The notes below the pieces were generated by a model. That model was not told where the DNA came from. It worked only from the letters and a program-made list of their open reading frames with translations, and did not search any database. The position numbers and the translations under genes were made by a program. A stretch of 64,000 nt of DNA from an uncultured Aliarcobacter sp. (GTDB lineage Bacteria; Campylobacterota; Campylobacteria; Campylobacterales; Arcobacteraceae): contig OY781945.1 of NCBI GenBank assembly GCA_963677435.1, positions 1,312,001-1,376,000 on the forward strand, written 5' to 3'. This document shows, in pieces, positions 27,652-38,242 of the stretch (the stretch's first letter is position 1; every line of letters starts with the position of its first letter).

Positions 27652-30123
27652 CTATTCCCCAAACAAAACATTCTCTTTTTGATGAATCATTTTTGAAGTG
27701 AAAAAACTAACAATCAAAATAGTTAATATTGGAATAAAGAAAAAATACACCAATAAAACATCAGGTCTAAAATCCCAATAAGATTCAAAAAGTTGCGCAC
27801 TTATAAAATAAGAGCCTACACTTCCTAAGATGATTCCTAAAGAACTAGCACTAAAAGATATTAAACCAAATTCGATTAAAAATGAGTTTCTAATAGTATG
27901 ATTTTTTACTCCAATCATTTTTAATCTTAAAATATTGTTTTTTTGCAAATTCATTTGATATTGAATAATAATAAAACTCATCAAAAGTCCAATAATAATT
28001 GAGTACAAACTCATTTTATCTGTTATATTTGTTACTGTTTTTACAAGTTGAGAAAAAGTTTCAAATAGATTTTTTACATCAATAATACTTAATGATGGAA
28101 ATAAATCTGATAATTTTATCAACATTTGAGATGCTTCATAATCTCCTGAAGAAATAGTAGCTAAGATAGTTTTAGGAGCATCATTTATCGCTCCATCTTG
28201 TAAAATAAAAAAGAAATTTGGTGTAAATTCAGTCCATTTAACACTTCTGATATTTACCACAACTGTTTGTAACTCTAAACCTAAAACATCAAATACAATC
28301 CTATCACCTAATTTTATTCCTGTTCGGTTGGCATATCTTTTTTCAACACTTAACTCTATTGGTTTAGAAAAATCTTTTGAGTCATAAACTCCACTAAATT
28401 CTCTTCCTTCTATAATCTCTTCACTCTCTTTCATATTAGTTCTATATGAAAGATTAACAGCTGAGCTTCTAGTCCCATTTTTTTCTGTTTGGAGTTTTGA
28501 ATTCTCATTTATTTTTATTATTCGCCCTCTTATCATTGGTGAAATATTTTCTAGTTTTGCACCCATATTATTAACTTGGGTTTGTATATCTTTTATTTGT
28601 TCTTCTTTTGCATCAATTACAAAAAAACGAGGTTTTTCATCAACACTTAGCGTTAAAGCATTTGATAGGGATGAACCAACTTGTGGAATAAGACTAAAAA
28701 ATGTTGTACATAAAAGTATTGCTGTAAACAAAGTTAATGATGTTTTATTTTGTCTTGTAATATTTTTAATAGCCAAAGATAAAGATAGACTTTGTAAATG
28801 ACCTGAAAAATCAAGTTTTTTTAATATTATTGAACCAATAGAAAATAGCAATATCATCAGTATCAATATAGCAATTGCAAAAAATAAACCTACATTTTTT
28901 GCAGGAGTTACAAAGTGTGATAAAACCAATAATAAAGTAAGAAAAGGTATAAATCCTAAAATTGTCTTAGAAAAACTTCTTTTTTGTCTTTGAAGTAAAG
29001 GTAAAATCAAAGGAAGCCCAATACTTAAACTCAATAACAAAAGTACAAATGCTGATTTTAAAAAGAAGTAATAATCAAGTGAAAAATCAAATTCAAAATC
29101 TAAAAGTTTTTGAACAATTGGCCCTATAAATTGAGCTGATATGCTTATTAGTGAAAAAACTACAATACTTGAAGCCATAATCAGTACAAACAAATGTAAA
29201 AGATAAGTAAGAGCTAAATTTTTCTTACTAAGTCCAAGGTCACTTAGAACAATAATATCTTTTTGATGTTTTCTTAAAAAACCTGAATACAAATATATAA
29301 GTCCAACTAAACCTAAAAAGAAGGAAATAAGAGAAACTAAAGATAAAAAATTTGTAATAAAATTTAAAATATTTAAAAGTCTATCTTTCCCATCATTTGG
29401 AGAAAGGACTCTTAGGTTTCTATCAATAATTTTTTCTAAGCTATTTTCGATTTCTTCTAATTTATCATTTGTGAAGTTTTCTTTGAATAAATAGTTTAAT
29501 TTATAATTAGCAGTCGAGCCAAATTGTAAAAGTTCCGTATTTTTTAAACCCTCTTCACTTATGTAAATTTTAGGCATAAAACCACTAAAACTAACAGCCT
29601 TTAATGAGTCATCTTTTATGACTTTTTTTATCTCAAAATACTCTTTTCCAATTTTTAGTTTTTCACCAGTTTTTAAACTAAGTAAATCTAAAACCTCTTG
29701 GTAAACCCAAATTTCATTTGCTTTAGGTAAAGTAGAATTTCTTGGATAAGTTGAATCATCTTCGAAAATCAATCCCCCATAAAAAGGATAATCTTCATTT
29801 ATTTTAACAACTTCCATAAGTCTTGCTCTTTGTTTGGAAGCTATCATACTAACTGTTGAAATTCCTTGGTTAAAGCTTTTTATTTCTGGAAGTTTATTTT
29901 TAATATCTTCTATTTGTTCAGGCGTTATTGGAAATCTTGAGTTTACAACTAAATCAGCACCCAATAAACTTTTTGCTTTATTTTCAAGTGAACTATCCAT
30001 ACTTCCTTTGAAAAATTGTAAATAAGATAGTGAAGCAATAGCTAGTGAAAAATTTAATATAAATATGAAAGAAAAAGATTTAGAGCGCAATAGTGCTTTT
30101 AAAACAAGTTCTAAAACTAACAT
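27652..30123 (-). CDS. FtsX-like ABC permease (YbbP type)
   Basis: 823 aa, LLGADL, YPFYG, RSVKW..FTPNFF; in an operon with the ATPase and the TesA-like esterase. Confidence 0.88.
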   Translation of the reverse strand: MLVLELVLKALLRSKSFSFIFILNFSLAIASLSYLQFFKGSMDSSLENKAKSLLGADLVVNSRFPITPEQIEDIKNKLPEIKSFNQGISTVSMIASKQRARLMEVVKINEDYPFYGGLIFEDDSTYPRNSTLPKANEIWVYQEVLDLLSLKTGEKLKIGKEYFEIKKVIKDDSLKAVSFSGFMPKIYISEEGLKNTELLQFGSTANYKLNYLFKENFTNDKLEEIENSLEKIIDRNLRVLSPNDGKDRLLNILNFITNFLSLVSLISFFLGLVGLIYLYSGFLRKHQKDIIVLSDLGLSKKNLALTYLLHLFVLIMASSIVVFSLISISAQFIGPIVQKLLDFEFDFSLDYYFFLKSAFVLLLLSLSIGLPLILPLLQRQKRSFSKTILGFIPFLTLLLVLSHFVTPAKNVGLFFAIAILILMILLFSIGSIILKKLDFSGHLQSLSLSLAIKNITRQNKTSLTLFTAILLCTTFFSLIPQVGSSLSNALTLSVDEKPRFFVIDAKEEQIKDIQTQVNNMGAKLENISPMIRGRIIKINENSKLQTEKNGTRSSAVNLSYRTNMKESEEIIEGREFSGVYDSKDFSKPIELSVEKRYANRTGIKLGDRIVFDVLGLELQTVVVNIRSVKWTEFTPNFFFILQDGAINDAPKTILATISSGDYEASQMLIKLSDLFPSLSIIDVKNLFETFSQLVKTVTNITDKMSLYSIIIGLLMSFIIIQYQMNLQKNNILRLKMIGVKNHTIRNSFLIEFGLISFSASSLGIILGSVGSYFISAQLFESYWDFRPDVLLVYFFFIPILTILIVSFFTSKMIHQKENVLFGE

Positions 30124-30779
30124 AGATTTAAATTTCCCAAAACTAATTCATAAGTTTTTTCACAACGATTTGCAACATCTTTTGAGTGAGTTACTAAAAT
30201 CAATGTGGTGTTGTTTTTTTCGATAAGCTCAAAAAGTTTATCCATAACTGCAATTCCTGTTTCTTCATCCAAATTTCCACTTGGTTCGTCTGCTAAAATT
30301 ATTTTAGGATTATGTATAAGCGCTCTTGCAATTGCAACTCTTTGTTTTTCTCCACCACTTAGTTGTGAAGGAAGATGCTCTAATCTATGTTCTAATCCAA
30401 CACTTTTTAAAAGCTCAATAGCTTTTTCTTTGGGATTTAAAATACCACAAACTTTTGCAGGAAGCATTACATTTTCTAAGGCATTTAAATAAGAAACCAA
30501 GTGAAAATTTTGAAAAACAAAACCTATATTTGTAGCTCTAAAATCATTTAATTCACTCTCTTTTAAATCTTTGTAAAAAACATTATCTAAAGAAATATCT
30601 CCCTTGTCTGGTTTTATAATTCCAGAGATAAGTGAAAGAAGTGTTGATTTACCACTTCCAGATTTTCCCATTATTGCCACTCTTTGTCCACTTTCTACAC
30701 GAAAATTTAGATTTTCAAATATTTCGATACTTTGTGAGCCTTGAATATAAGCTTTTTTAAGTGATTTTAACTCTAACAT
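30117..30779 (-). CDS. ABC ATP-binding protein (YbbA/LolD type)
   Basis: GKSGSGKST, LSGGEKQRVAIARAL, LADEPSGNLD. Confidence 0.95.
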   Translation of the reverse strand: MLELKSLKKAYIQGSQSIEIFENLNFRVESGQRVAIMGKSGSGKSTLLSLISGIIKPDKGDISLDNVFYKDLKESELNDFRATNIGFVFQNFHLVSYLNALENVMLPAKVCGILNPKEKAIELLKSVGLEHRLEHLPSQLSGGEKQRVAIARALIHNPKIILADEPSGNLDEETGIAVMDKLFELIEKNNTTLILVTHSKDVANRCEKTYELVLGNLNLC

Positions 30780-31381
30780 TACAGCTCTTCCTTTATAAAT
30801 GTAAATACATTTTTTGCGATTATTTTATGGCCTTCAACATTTGGATGAATTCCATCTATTTGATTTAAGTTTTGTACACCTGCTACTTCATCCAATAAAA
30901 AAGGCATACTTTTTAAACTATATTTATTTTTTATCTCTTCATACATTTCTTTAAAACGCTTTGAATATTCTTCTCCATAATTAGGAGGTATTAACATTCC
31001 TGCGAGTAAAACTTTTGCATTAGATTTTTGTGCATATTGTATAATTTCTTCTAAGTTTTCTTTACTTTTGTTAAGGTCTAAACCTCTTAATCCATCATTT
31101 GCTCCAAGAGCTATAAAAACAATATATGGATTCTTTTTTAAATACCATTTAAGTCTAGAAAGTGCATCACTTGTAGTTGAACCACTAACCCCTCCATTGA
31201 TAATAGTAATATCTTTTTTAAGTTCAGTTTGAATCATTGTTTCAACGAGTTTTGGAAAAGCATCTTCTTTATTAACACCTAAACCTTCTGTTATAGAATC
31301 CCCTAAAAATAAAATAGTATCAGCCTTTGCATTAGCAAATATTAGATTTAGTGCAAATATAATTAGTATGATTTTTTTCAT
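30779..31381 (-). CDS. Periplasmic SGNH arylesterase/thioesterase (TesA-like)
   Basis: GDSIT, GVSG, GANDGLRG, DGIHP. Confidence 0.93.
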   Translation of the reverse strand: MKKIILIIFALNLIFANAKADTILFLGDSITEGLGVNKEDAFPKLVETMIQTELKKDITIINGGVSGSTTSDALSRLKWYLKKNPYIVFIALGANDGLRGLDLNKSKENLEEIIQYAQKSNAKVLLAGMLIPPNYGEEYSKRFKEMYEEIKNKYSLKSMPFLLDEVAGVQNLNQIDGIHPNVEGHKIIAKNVFTFIKEEL

Positions 31382-31491
31382 AGATAGCCTTATTAATATT
31401 TAAAATATTTTAATATCTATTTTAGCTTGTTTTTGTAGGTAGTTTGTGTAGAGAATTTGTTAATTAATAAGAAAAGATATAAGAAAAATTC

Positions 31492-32277
31492 TTATATCTC
31501 TATTTCCAAGGCAATAGGGCAGTGGTCGCTTCCCATAATTTCACTCATAATATAAGCATTTTTGATATTATCTTTTAAATCTTCACTTACATAGAAGTAG
31601 TCGATTCTCCAGCCAACATTATTTTCTCTTGCATTTGCTCTGTAACTCCACCAGCTATAAAGCTCAGTTTTATCACCAACCACATGTCGTAAAGTATCAA
31701 CATATCCAAAAGATAGGAATTTATCTATCCATTGTCTTTCCATTGGTAAAAATCCTGAAGTTTGTTCATTTGCTTTTGGTCGTGCAAGGTCGATTTCTTT
31801 GTGTGCTGTATTTACATCCCCACAAACAATGATTGATTTCCCTTGTTTTTTTAAGTTTTCACAATGTTCTAAAAATCTATCGTAAAACTCCATTTTATAA
31901 ACAAGTCTTTCTTCTTTACTTTGACCATTTGGAAAATATACATTAAAAAATGCTATATCTTTATCTCCAAGTGTAAAATGAACTTCGTTTATTCTTCCTT
32001 CATCAAGTACATCAACAGTAGGGCAGTTACACTCAAAAGTTGTTTCTATATCTGTAAATAGGGCAGTTCCACTTCTTCCTTTGATGGCTGAAGCACTGGC
32101 TGTCATTGTTTTAAACTCTTTGTTAAAAATCGTTTTTGGGATTTGTTCTTTCATTGATTTTGTTTCTTGAACTCCAAGAAGATGAATATCATGTTCATCT
32201 ACCCATTTTAATGCTTCTTTTTTATCAACTGCTCGGATTCCATTTACATTCCATGATATAAATTTGTAAGTTGTCAT
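31492..32277 (-). CDS. xth: Exodeoxyribonuclease III
   Basis: SWNVNGIR, QETK, YFPNG, GDVNTAH, GWRIDY, GSDHCP. Confidence 0.96.
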   Translation of the reverse strand: MTTYKFISWNVNGIRAVDKKEALKWVDEHDIHLLGVQETKSMKEQIPKTIFNKEFKTMTASASAIKGRSGTALFTDIETTFECNCPTVDVLDEGRINEVHFTLGDKDIAFFNVYFPNGQSKEERLVYKMEFYDRFLEHCENLKKQGKSIIVCGDVNTAHKEIDLARPKANEQTSGFLPMERQWIDKFLSFGYVDTLRHVVGDKTELYSWWSYRANARENNVGWRIDYFYVSEDLKDNIKNAYIMSEIMGSDHCPIALEIEI

Positions 32278-32513
32278 TATTTAGTGATTTCCTTTTTTTC
32301 TGTAATTTTTTCTTCTAATTTTTTTTCAATCAATTGTTTTGGAGCTATTGGAGCTATTGGTTTTTGAATATTTATATTTCCAAAACTTGATCCACCAAGA
32401 GAATCACTTTTCCCTCCATGCATATCAATTTTTCCTGCATTTTCATCTGTATAATTATAATTCGCAAATAAAAAATTTGTTAAAAATAAAGTAACTATTA
32501 GTAATCTTTTCAT
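32277..32513 (-). CDS. Small exported hypothetical protein
   Basis: Signal peptide, AAAGGA RBS, stop overlapping the xth start. Confidence 0.7.
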   Translation of the reverse strand: MKRLLIVTLFLTNFLFANYNYTDENAGKIDMHGGKSDSLGGSSFGNINIQKPIAPIAPKQLIEKKLEEKITEKKEITK

Positions 32514-32607
32514 TATTTATTCCTTTTTTAAAGAAATATTATAACCCTTCTTTTGATAAATAAGCCTTAATAGGGTATTTTTAGCTTATTTTTTTCAAGG
32601 ATTATTT

Positions 32608-33321
32608 ATGGATGAATTGATTTTAGGAATACTTACCTTTTTTACTTCTACAGTTGCTGGAATTGTTGGCGTTGGTGGAGGTATGATGTTAATAGTGATT
32701 TTACCTTCATTTTTACCCTTGAATGCTTTGATACCTGTTCATGGATTAACTCAAATGTCTAGCAATGTTAGTCGTGCAATATTTGGATATAAAGATGTTC
32801 AATTTGAAGTAATTCCAAAATTTTTGTTAGGTTCTGCTATTGGTATTGGAATATTTACCGTAGTTTTAAATTTAATTTCACTTGAATATGTTCCTTTATT
32901 TATTGGAGTTTATATTTTACTTTCATTATGGTCAGAAAAATTTAATGAAAAAATAAAGAGATATGAAAATTACTTTCTTGCAGGTTTCTTTCAAACTGGT
33001 CTTTCTATGGTTGTTGGTGCAACGGGACCTCTTACTATGACACTTTTATTAAAAGATTATAAAGACAAAAATAAAGTTGTAGCAACTGGTGCTGCACTTA
33101 TGAGTATTACACATATTTTAAAAGTATTTGTATTTATGTATTTTGGTTTTGTATTTATTGATTATCTAGGTGTTATTATTGCCATGATTATTGGTGCAAT
33201 TGCTGGAAGTTGGGTTGCCACGAAACTAAGAGACAAAGTGGATGGTAAAAAATTTACTATAATTTTAAAAGTATTACTAACTGCTTTAGCTATTCAAGTA
33301 ATAGTGAAAGTTTTCCTTTAA
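32608..33321 (+). CDS. Sulfite exporter TauE/SafE family protein
   Basis: AGIVGVGGG, PVHG..Q..SN.SR, VGATGP; highly hydrophobic. Confidence 0.88.
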   Translation: MDELILGILTFFTSTVAGIVGVGGGMMLIVILPSFLPLNALIPVHGLTQMSSNVSRAIFGYKDVQFEVIPKFLLGSAIGIGIFTVVLNLISLEYVPLFIGVYILLSLWSEKFNEKIKRYENYFLAGFFQTGLSMVVGATGPLTMTLLLKDYKDKNKVVATGAALMSITHILKVFVFMYFGFVFIDYLGVIIAMIIGAIAGSWVATKLRDKVDGKKFTIILKVLLTALAIQVIVKVFL

Positions 33322-33635
33322 AATCTTAATTTGGAGGAATTTTTATAATAATTGAAATTCCTTTTCCTTTGAATATTTCTACTAAAAAATCCCTTACTCA
33401 ATATAATATTTTGCTTTTATTATTTTTAGTCAATTATATTAGATAAAAAAGTTTATTTATTATGAATAAAATATATACAAGTTAATTGTAAACTTTTTTA
33501 GATTTAACTATAAAATTACGCTTTAATTTGTAATTATCCAGTAATTATTATAAATTAATAAAAATATTAAGGCTATATTAGGGCTATAAATTAATAATAC
33601 TATTTCAGTATATATTAATAAAGGAATAAAATTAC

Positions 33636-35039
33636 ATGAAAAATTCTTATAAATTTATGCTTGGAAATCGAATATATAATTTTAAAAATCTTGCCGATTT
33701 AATGGCTAAGGCTACACCAAAGCGTTCAGGAGACTTATTAGCAGGAGTTTCTGCCTTATCTTCTCAAGAAAGAGTAGTAGCTCAAATGCGTTTAGCAGAA
33801 GTACCACTTAAAACTTTTCTAAATGAGATGTTAGTACCTTATGAAGATGATGAAATTACAAGATTGATTATCGATGACCATGATGCCGAAGCATTTAAAT
33901 TAATTTCACATTTAACAGTTGGAGATTTTAGAAACTGGTTGTTAAGTGATACAACAACAATTGAGATGATTAAACAAGCAAGATCTGCAATTACACCTGA
34001 AATGGCAGCAGCAGTTAGTAAAATCATGAGAAATCAAGATTTAATAATGGTTGCAAAAAAATGCCCAGTTGTTACATCTTTTAGAAATACTATTGGTTTA
34101 CCAAATCAACTCTCAACTAGACTTCAACCAAATCATCCAACAGATGATGTTATGGGAATAGCTGCAAGTATTTTAGATGGATTATTATATGGAAATGGTG
34201 ATGCGGTTATTGGTATAAATCCAGCAACTGATAATGTGGAACAAACAATAAAACTTTTAAAACTTATGGATGATGTAATCCAAAAATATGAAATCCCAAC
34301 ACAATCTTGTGTTTTAACTCATGTTACAAATACTATTGAAGCTATTGAAAAAGGTGCTCCTGTTGATTTAGTATTTCAATCAATTGGAGGAACAGAGGCT
34401 ACAAATTCAAGTTTTGGAGTAAATCTTAAAATCTTAAAAGAAGCACATGAAGCTGGACTTTCATTAAACCGTGGAACTGTTGGAAATAATGTTATGTATT
34501 TTGAAACAGGGCAAGGAAGTTCACTTTCAGCAAATGCAAATTTTGGATTAGACCAACAAACTTGTGAAGCAAGAGCTTATGCAGTTGCAAAAAAATTTGA
34601 CCCACTTTTAGTAAATACAGTTGTGGGATTTATTGGGCCTGAATATCTGTTTGATGGAAAAGAGATTACAAGAGCAGGATTGGAAGACCATTTTTGTGGA
34701 AAATTATTAGGACTTCCAATGGGTTGTGATATTTGTTATACAAATCATGCTGATGCTGATCAAAATGATATGGATAATTTGTTAACGCTACTTGGAGTTG
34801 CTGGATGTAATTTTATTATGGGAATCCCTGGAAGTGACGATATTATGCTTAATTATCAAACTACATCTTTTCATGATGCCTTATATGCAAGACGGGTTTT
34901 AAATCTAAAACCAGCTCCTGAGTTTTGTGCTTGGCTTGAAAAGATGGAGATATTTAAAAATATGGACAAATTTATTTTAAATGAAAAAATGCCACAAACA
35001 TTTTTTAAATCTTTATCAAATGTAATAGGAAATAGATAA
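33636..35039 (+). CDS. eutB: Ethanolamine ammonia-lyase large subunit
   Basis: RSGD, RLQPNHPTDD, GDAVIGINP, YFETGQGS, GCDICYTNH, MLNYQTTSFHD. Confidence 0.97.
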   Translation: MKNSYKFMLGNRIYNFKNLADLMAKATPKRSGDLLAGVSALSSQERVVAQMRLAEVPLKTFLNEMLVPYEDDEITRLIIDDHDAEAFKLISHLTVGDFRNWLLSDTTTIEMIKQARSAITPEMAAAVSKIMRNQDLIMVAKKCPVVTSFRNTIGLPNQLSTRLQPNHPTDDVMGIAASILDGLLYGNGDAVIGINPATDNVEQTIKLLKLMDDVIQKYEIPTQSCVLTHVTNTIEAIEKGAPVDLVFQSIGGTEATNSSFGVNLKILKEAHEAGLSLNRGTVGNNVMYFETGQGSSLSANANFGLDQQTCEARAYAVAKKFDPLLVNTVVGFIGPEYLFDGKEITRAGLEDHFCGKLLGLPMGCDICYTNHADADQNDMDNLLTLLGVAGCNFIMGIPGSDDIMLNYQTTSFHDALYARRVLNLKPAPEFCAWLEKMEIFKNMDKFILNEKMPQTFFKSLSNVIGNR

Positions 35040-35881
35040 TGAAAAATTTAGAAAATATCGATTCAAACTCAAATATTATTGAAAATCCTTGGGCATTATT
35101 AAGAGATTACACAGATGCTAGGATTGGCTTAGGAAGAAGTGGTGTTAGTATTCCAACTTCTCACTCTTTAGCGTTTCAATTAGCCCATGCACAAGCACAA
35201 GATGCAGTTCATTTACCCCTTGATGTTGAGCATATTATTGAACAAATAAATAATAATAACTTAAATCCAGAAACATATCTTCCAATTTTATTACATTCAC
35301 AAGCAGTAAATAGAACAGCATATTTACAACGACCTGATTTAGGGCGTAAGTTAAATAGTGATTCTGTTGAAACTTTAAAAAAGATAAATCTAAATAAAGA
35401 AGAACCTTTTGATTTATCAATTGTTATCGTTGATGGTTTGTCATCACTTGCAATAAAAGAGAATGCAGTTAATTTTATAGAAAGATTATTAAGTGCATTA
35501 ACAAATGATAGTCAAAAATGGAAGATAGCACCTTTTACAATTGTTCAACAAGGAAGAGTAGCTGTTGGAGATGAAGTAGGGGAATTATTAAAAGCAAAAA
35601 TTTCACTTGTATTAATAGGTGAACGACCAGGACTTAGCTCACCTGATAGTTTAGGTTTATATTTAACATGGAATCCAAAATCTGGATTAACAGATGCTAG
35701 TAGAAATTGTATATCAAATGTAAGAAGTGAAGGATTATCTTATGAGGAGGCTGTAAAAAAAACAATGTATTTATTAAAAGAATCACGAAGATTAGAATTA
35801 TCAGGTGTAAATCTAAAAGATAGAACAACAAATGATGTAATTGAAAATAATATTAATGAAGAAAATTTTTTAATCAAATAA
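35039..35881 (+). CDS. eutC: Ethanolamine ammonia-lyase small subunit
   Basis: TDARIGLGRSG, AHAQAQDAV, YLQRPDLGR, IGERPGLSSPDSLG. Confidence 0.97.
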   Translation: MKNLENIDSNSNIIENPWALLRDYTDARIGLGRSGVSIPTSHSLAFQLAHAQAQDAVHLPLDVEHIIEQINNNNLNPETYLPILLHSQAVNRTAYLQRPDLGRKLNSDSVETLKKINLNKEEPFDLSIVIVDGLSSLAIKENAVNFIERLLSALTNDSQKWKIAPFTIVQQGRVAVGDEVGELLKAKISLVLIGERPGLSSPDSLGLYLTWNPKSGLTDASRNCISNVRSEGLSYEEAVKKTMYLLKESRRLELSGVNLKDRTTNDVIENNINEENFLIK

Positions 35882-35890
35882 AGGAAAAAA

Positions 35891-37306
35891 ATGAAAAATA
35901 GTCATATAGATGAAGAATATCTTGCTAAAAGACAATTAAAAAGAGGAACTGCTGGTTGGGTATTATTAGCAGGTTTAGGTATTTCATATGTAATTTCTGG
36001 AGATTTTGCAGGATGGAATTTTGGTATTGCACATGCTGGTTGGGGTGGATTTGCAATTGCTGCTGGTTTAATGGCAATTATGTATTTTTGTTTAGTTTTA
36101 TCTTTAGCAGAAATGTCAGCTTCAATTCCCGCAGCTGGTGGTGGATATAGTTTTGCAAGACAAGTAATGGGCCCTGCTGGTGGTTATTTAACTGGACTTG
36201 CAATTTTGATTGAGTATGCGCTAGCACCTGCAGCGATTGTAATATTTATAGGTTCTGCGGTTGAAGCCTTAACAGGATTTAATGGACCTTTAGTTTATTT
36301 ACTTTTTTATGCTGTTTTTATTGCTATTCATTTAATTGGTGCTGGTGAAGCTTTAAAAACAATGATGGTAATTAGTGGTTTAGCTATATTTGCAATTATT
36401 GCAACAGCTGTTGCATTAATTGGAAATTTTGATGCTACAAAACTGTTTGATATTGCTGTATCGGCTGAAGCAACTGGTGCAACAGAATTTTTGCCATATG
36501 GATGGTATGGTGTTTGGGCTGCACTTCCTTTTGGTATGTGGTTATTTCTTGCAGTTGAAGGTGTTCCATTAGCTGCTGAAGAAGCGAAAGATCCAGCTAA
36601 AGATGTACCAAAAGGTATTATTGCTGCAATGATTTTTTTACTTTTTTCTGCTGTTCTAGTTGTATTTTTACTAGCAGGTGTTGCTGGTGCAGATGCTATG
36701 GGAAAAAGTGCAGTTCCATTGGTTGATGCTTTAAATATTAATGGAAATACAACTTTAGCAACTACTGTAAATGTATTGGGATTAGCAGGATTAATTGCAT
36801 CATTTTTCTCTATTATTTATGGTTATAGTAGATTAGTATTTGCACTTTCAAGAGCTGGATATTTACCAAGATTCTTATCATTAACAAGTAAAAAGAAAAC
36901 TCCAACTTGGGCTTTAATTGTTCCTGGTGTTTTAGGTTTTCTTGCATCTTTAACAGGTGAGGGTGATTTAATGTTAGCAATGGCAGTTGTTGGAGCTACA
37001 ATCTCTTATGCTTTAATGGCTTTAAGTCATATTTTATTAAGAGTAAAAAATCCAGATATGCCAAGACCATATAAAACTCCAGGTGGAGTTGTAACTTCTG
37101 GAATTGCTTTTGTATTATCTTTAATAGCATTAACAGGGGTTTATGCTTTTGATCCAAGAGCTTTTAACTATACAATTATTTTATATATTATTGGTGCTTT
37201 ATACTTCTTCTTATATAGTAAAAATCATTTAGTTGCTAAAACAGCAGATGAAGAGTTTGCAATGTTAGAAAAAGCAGAATCAGATTTAGTACATGAATTA
37301 GGTTAA
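35891..37306 (+). CDS. eat: Ethanolamine permease (APC family)
   Basis: YLAKRQLKRG, GISYVISGDFAGWNFG, FLAVEGVPLAAEE; follows eutBC. Confidence 0.93.
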   Translation: MKNSHIDEEYLAKRQLKRGTAGWVLLAGLGISYVISGDFAGWNFGIAHAGWGGFAIAAGLMAIMYFCLVLSLAEMSASIPAAGGGYSFARQVMGPAGGYLTGLAILIEYALAPAAIVIFIGSAVEALTGFNGPLVYLLFYAVFIAIHLIGAGEALKTMMVISGLAIFAIIATAVALIGNFDATKLFDIAVSAEATGATEFLPYGWYGVWAALPFGMWLFLAVEGVPLAAEEAKDPAKDVPKGIIAAMIFLLFSAVLVVFLLAGVAGADAMGKSAVPLVDALNINGNTTLATTVNVLGLAGLIASFFSIIYGYSRLVFALSRAGYLPRFLSLTSKKKTPTWALIVPGVLGFLASLTGEGDLMLAMAVVGATISYALMALSHILLRVKNPDMPRPYKTPGGVVTSGIAFVLSLIALTGVYAFDPRAFNYTIILYIIGALYFFLYSKNHLVAKTADEEFAMLEKAESDLVHELG

Positions 37307-37320
37307 GATAAAATCTTAGC

Positions 37321-38235
37321 CTAAACTAAAAACTTCAAGAAAAGTATTATAAACAGTGCAGACACAAGTGTTTGTACTGTGATAATACTTGACATTAATC
37401 CAATATCTCCACCTAATTGTCGCGCTAGTATAAAAGAGCTAGGTGCAGTAGGAAGAAGAGCAAATAAAACTAAAATTGAAATCATCATTTCATCTAAACC
37501 AAAATATTTGCCAAAAGCAAAAATGAATAAGGGCATGATTAAATGTTTAGCAACACTTGAAATAATTACTTCACTTTTAGAAGATTTTATCTCTTTAATT
37601 ACAAGTCCAAATCCAACAGATAAAAGTCCCATAGGAAGTGCTGCTTTACTTAAAATTTCTAAAGTATTATTTATTACAAGTGGAAAATGAATCCCTAAAA
37701 AGTTTATACTACCACCAATTACACAGGCGATTATTAAAGGATTTGTTATTATTGATTTTAATAAATATAAAAAATTTAATTTTTCATTATTTATGTATAA
37801 AGCAAAAATTGTAATACATAAAATATTTATAAAAGGAATTGCAAAAGTCAAAATAATTGCAGATAAAATCAATCCATCATTTCCAAAAATTGCCCCAGCT
37901 AAAGCTAGAAAAACATAAGTATTAAATCTAATTCCACCTTGAACAACAGATGTAAAAGAATCTGCATTTGCTGGTTTTATTTTATTTATAATCATAAGAA
38001 TAATCATCGTAAAAAATATTGCTAAAAGTGCAGCCATTACAAAACCAAAACTATTTTTTGAGTCTAATGAAGCATTTGAAAGTTTATATATTAAAAGTGA
38101 AGGCATCAAAACATAATAGGTTAATTTATCAGCTTGAGGCCAAAATTCATGGGATGGAAATTTTATTCTTTTGAAGAAATATCCAATTAAAATAAGTCCA
38201 AAAACTGGAATTAAAGCTGAAAATATATGTTCCAT
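37321..38235 (-). CDS. AEC (auxin efflux carrier) family transporter
   Basis: PVFGLILIG, QGGIRFNTY, PTAPSSFILARQLGGD. Confidence 0.9.
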   Translation of the reverse strand: MEHIFSALIPVFGLILIGYFFKRIKFPSHEFWPQADKLTYYVLMPSLLIYKLSNASLDSKNSFGFVMAALLAIFFTMIILMIINKIKPANADSFTSVVQGGIRFNTYVFLALAGAIFGNDGLILSAIILTFAIPFINILCITIFALYINNEKLNFLYLLKSIITNPLIIACVIGGSINFLGIHFPLVINNTLEILSKAALPMGLLSVGFGLVIKEIKSSKSEVIISSVAKHLIMPLFIFAFGKYFGLDEMMISILVLFALLPTAPSSFILARQLGGDIGLMSSIITVQTLVSALFIILFLKFLV

Positions 38236-38242
38236 AATATTT

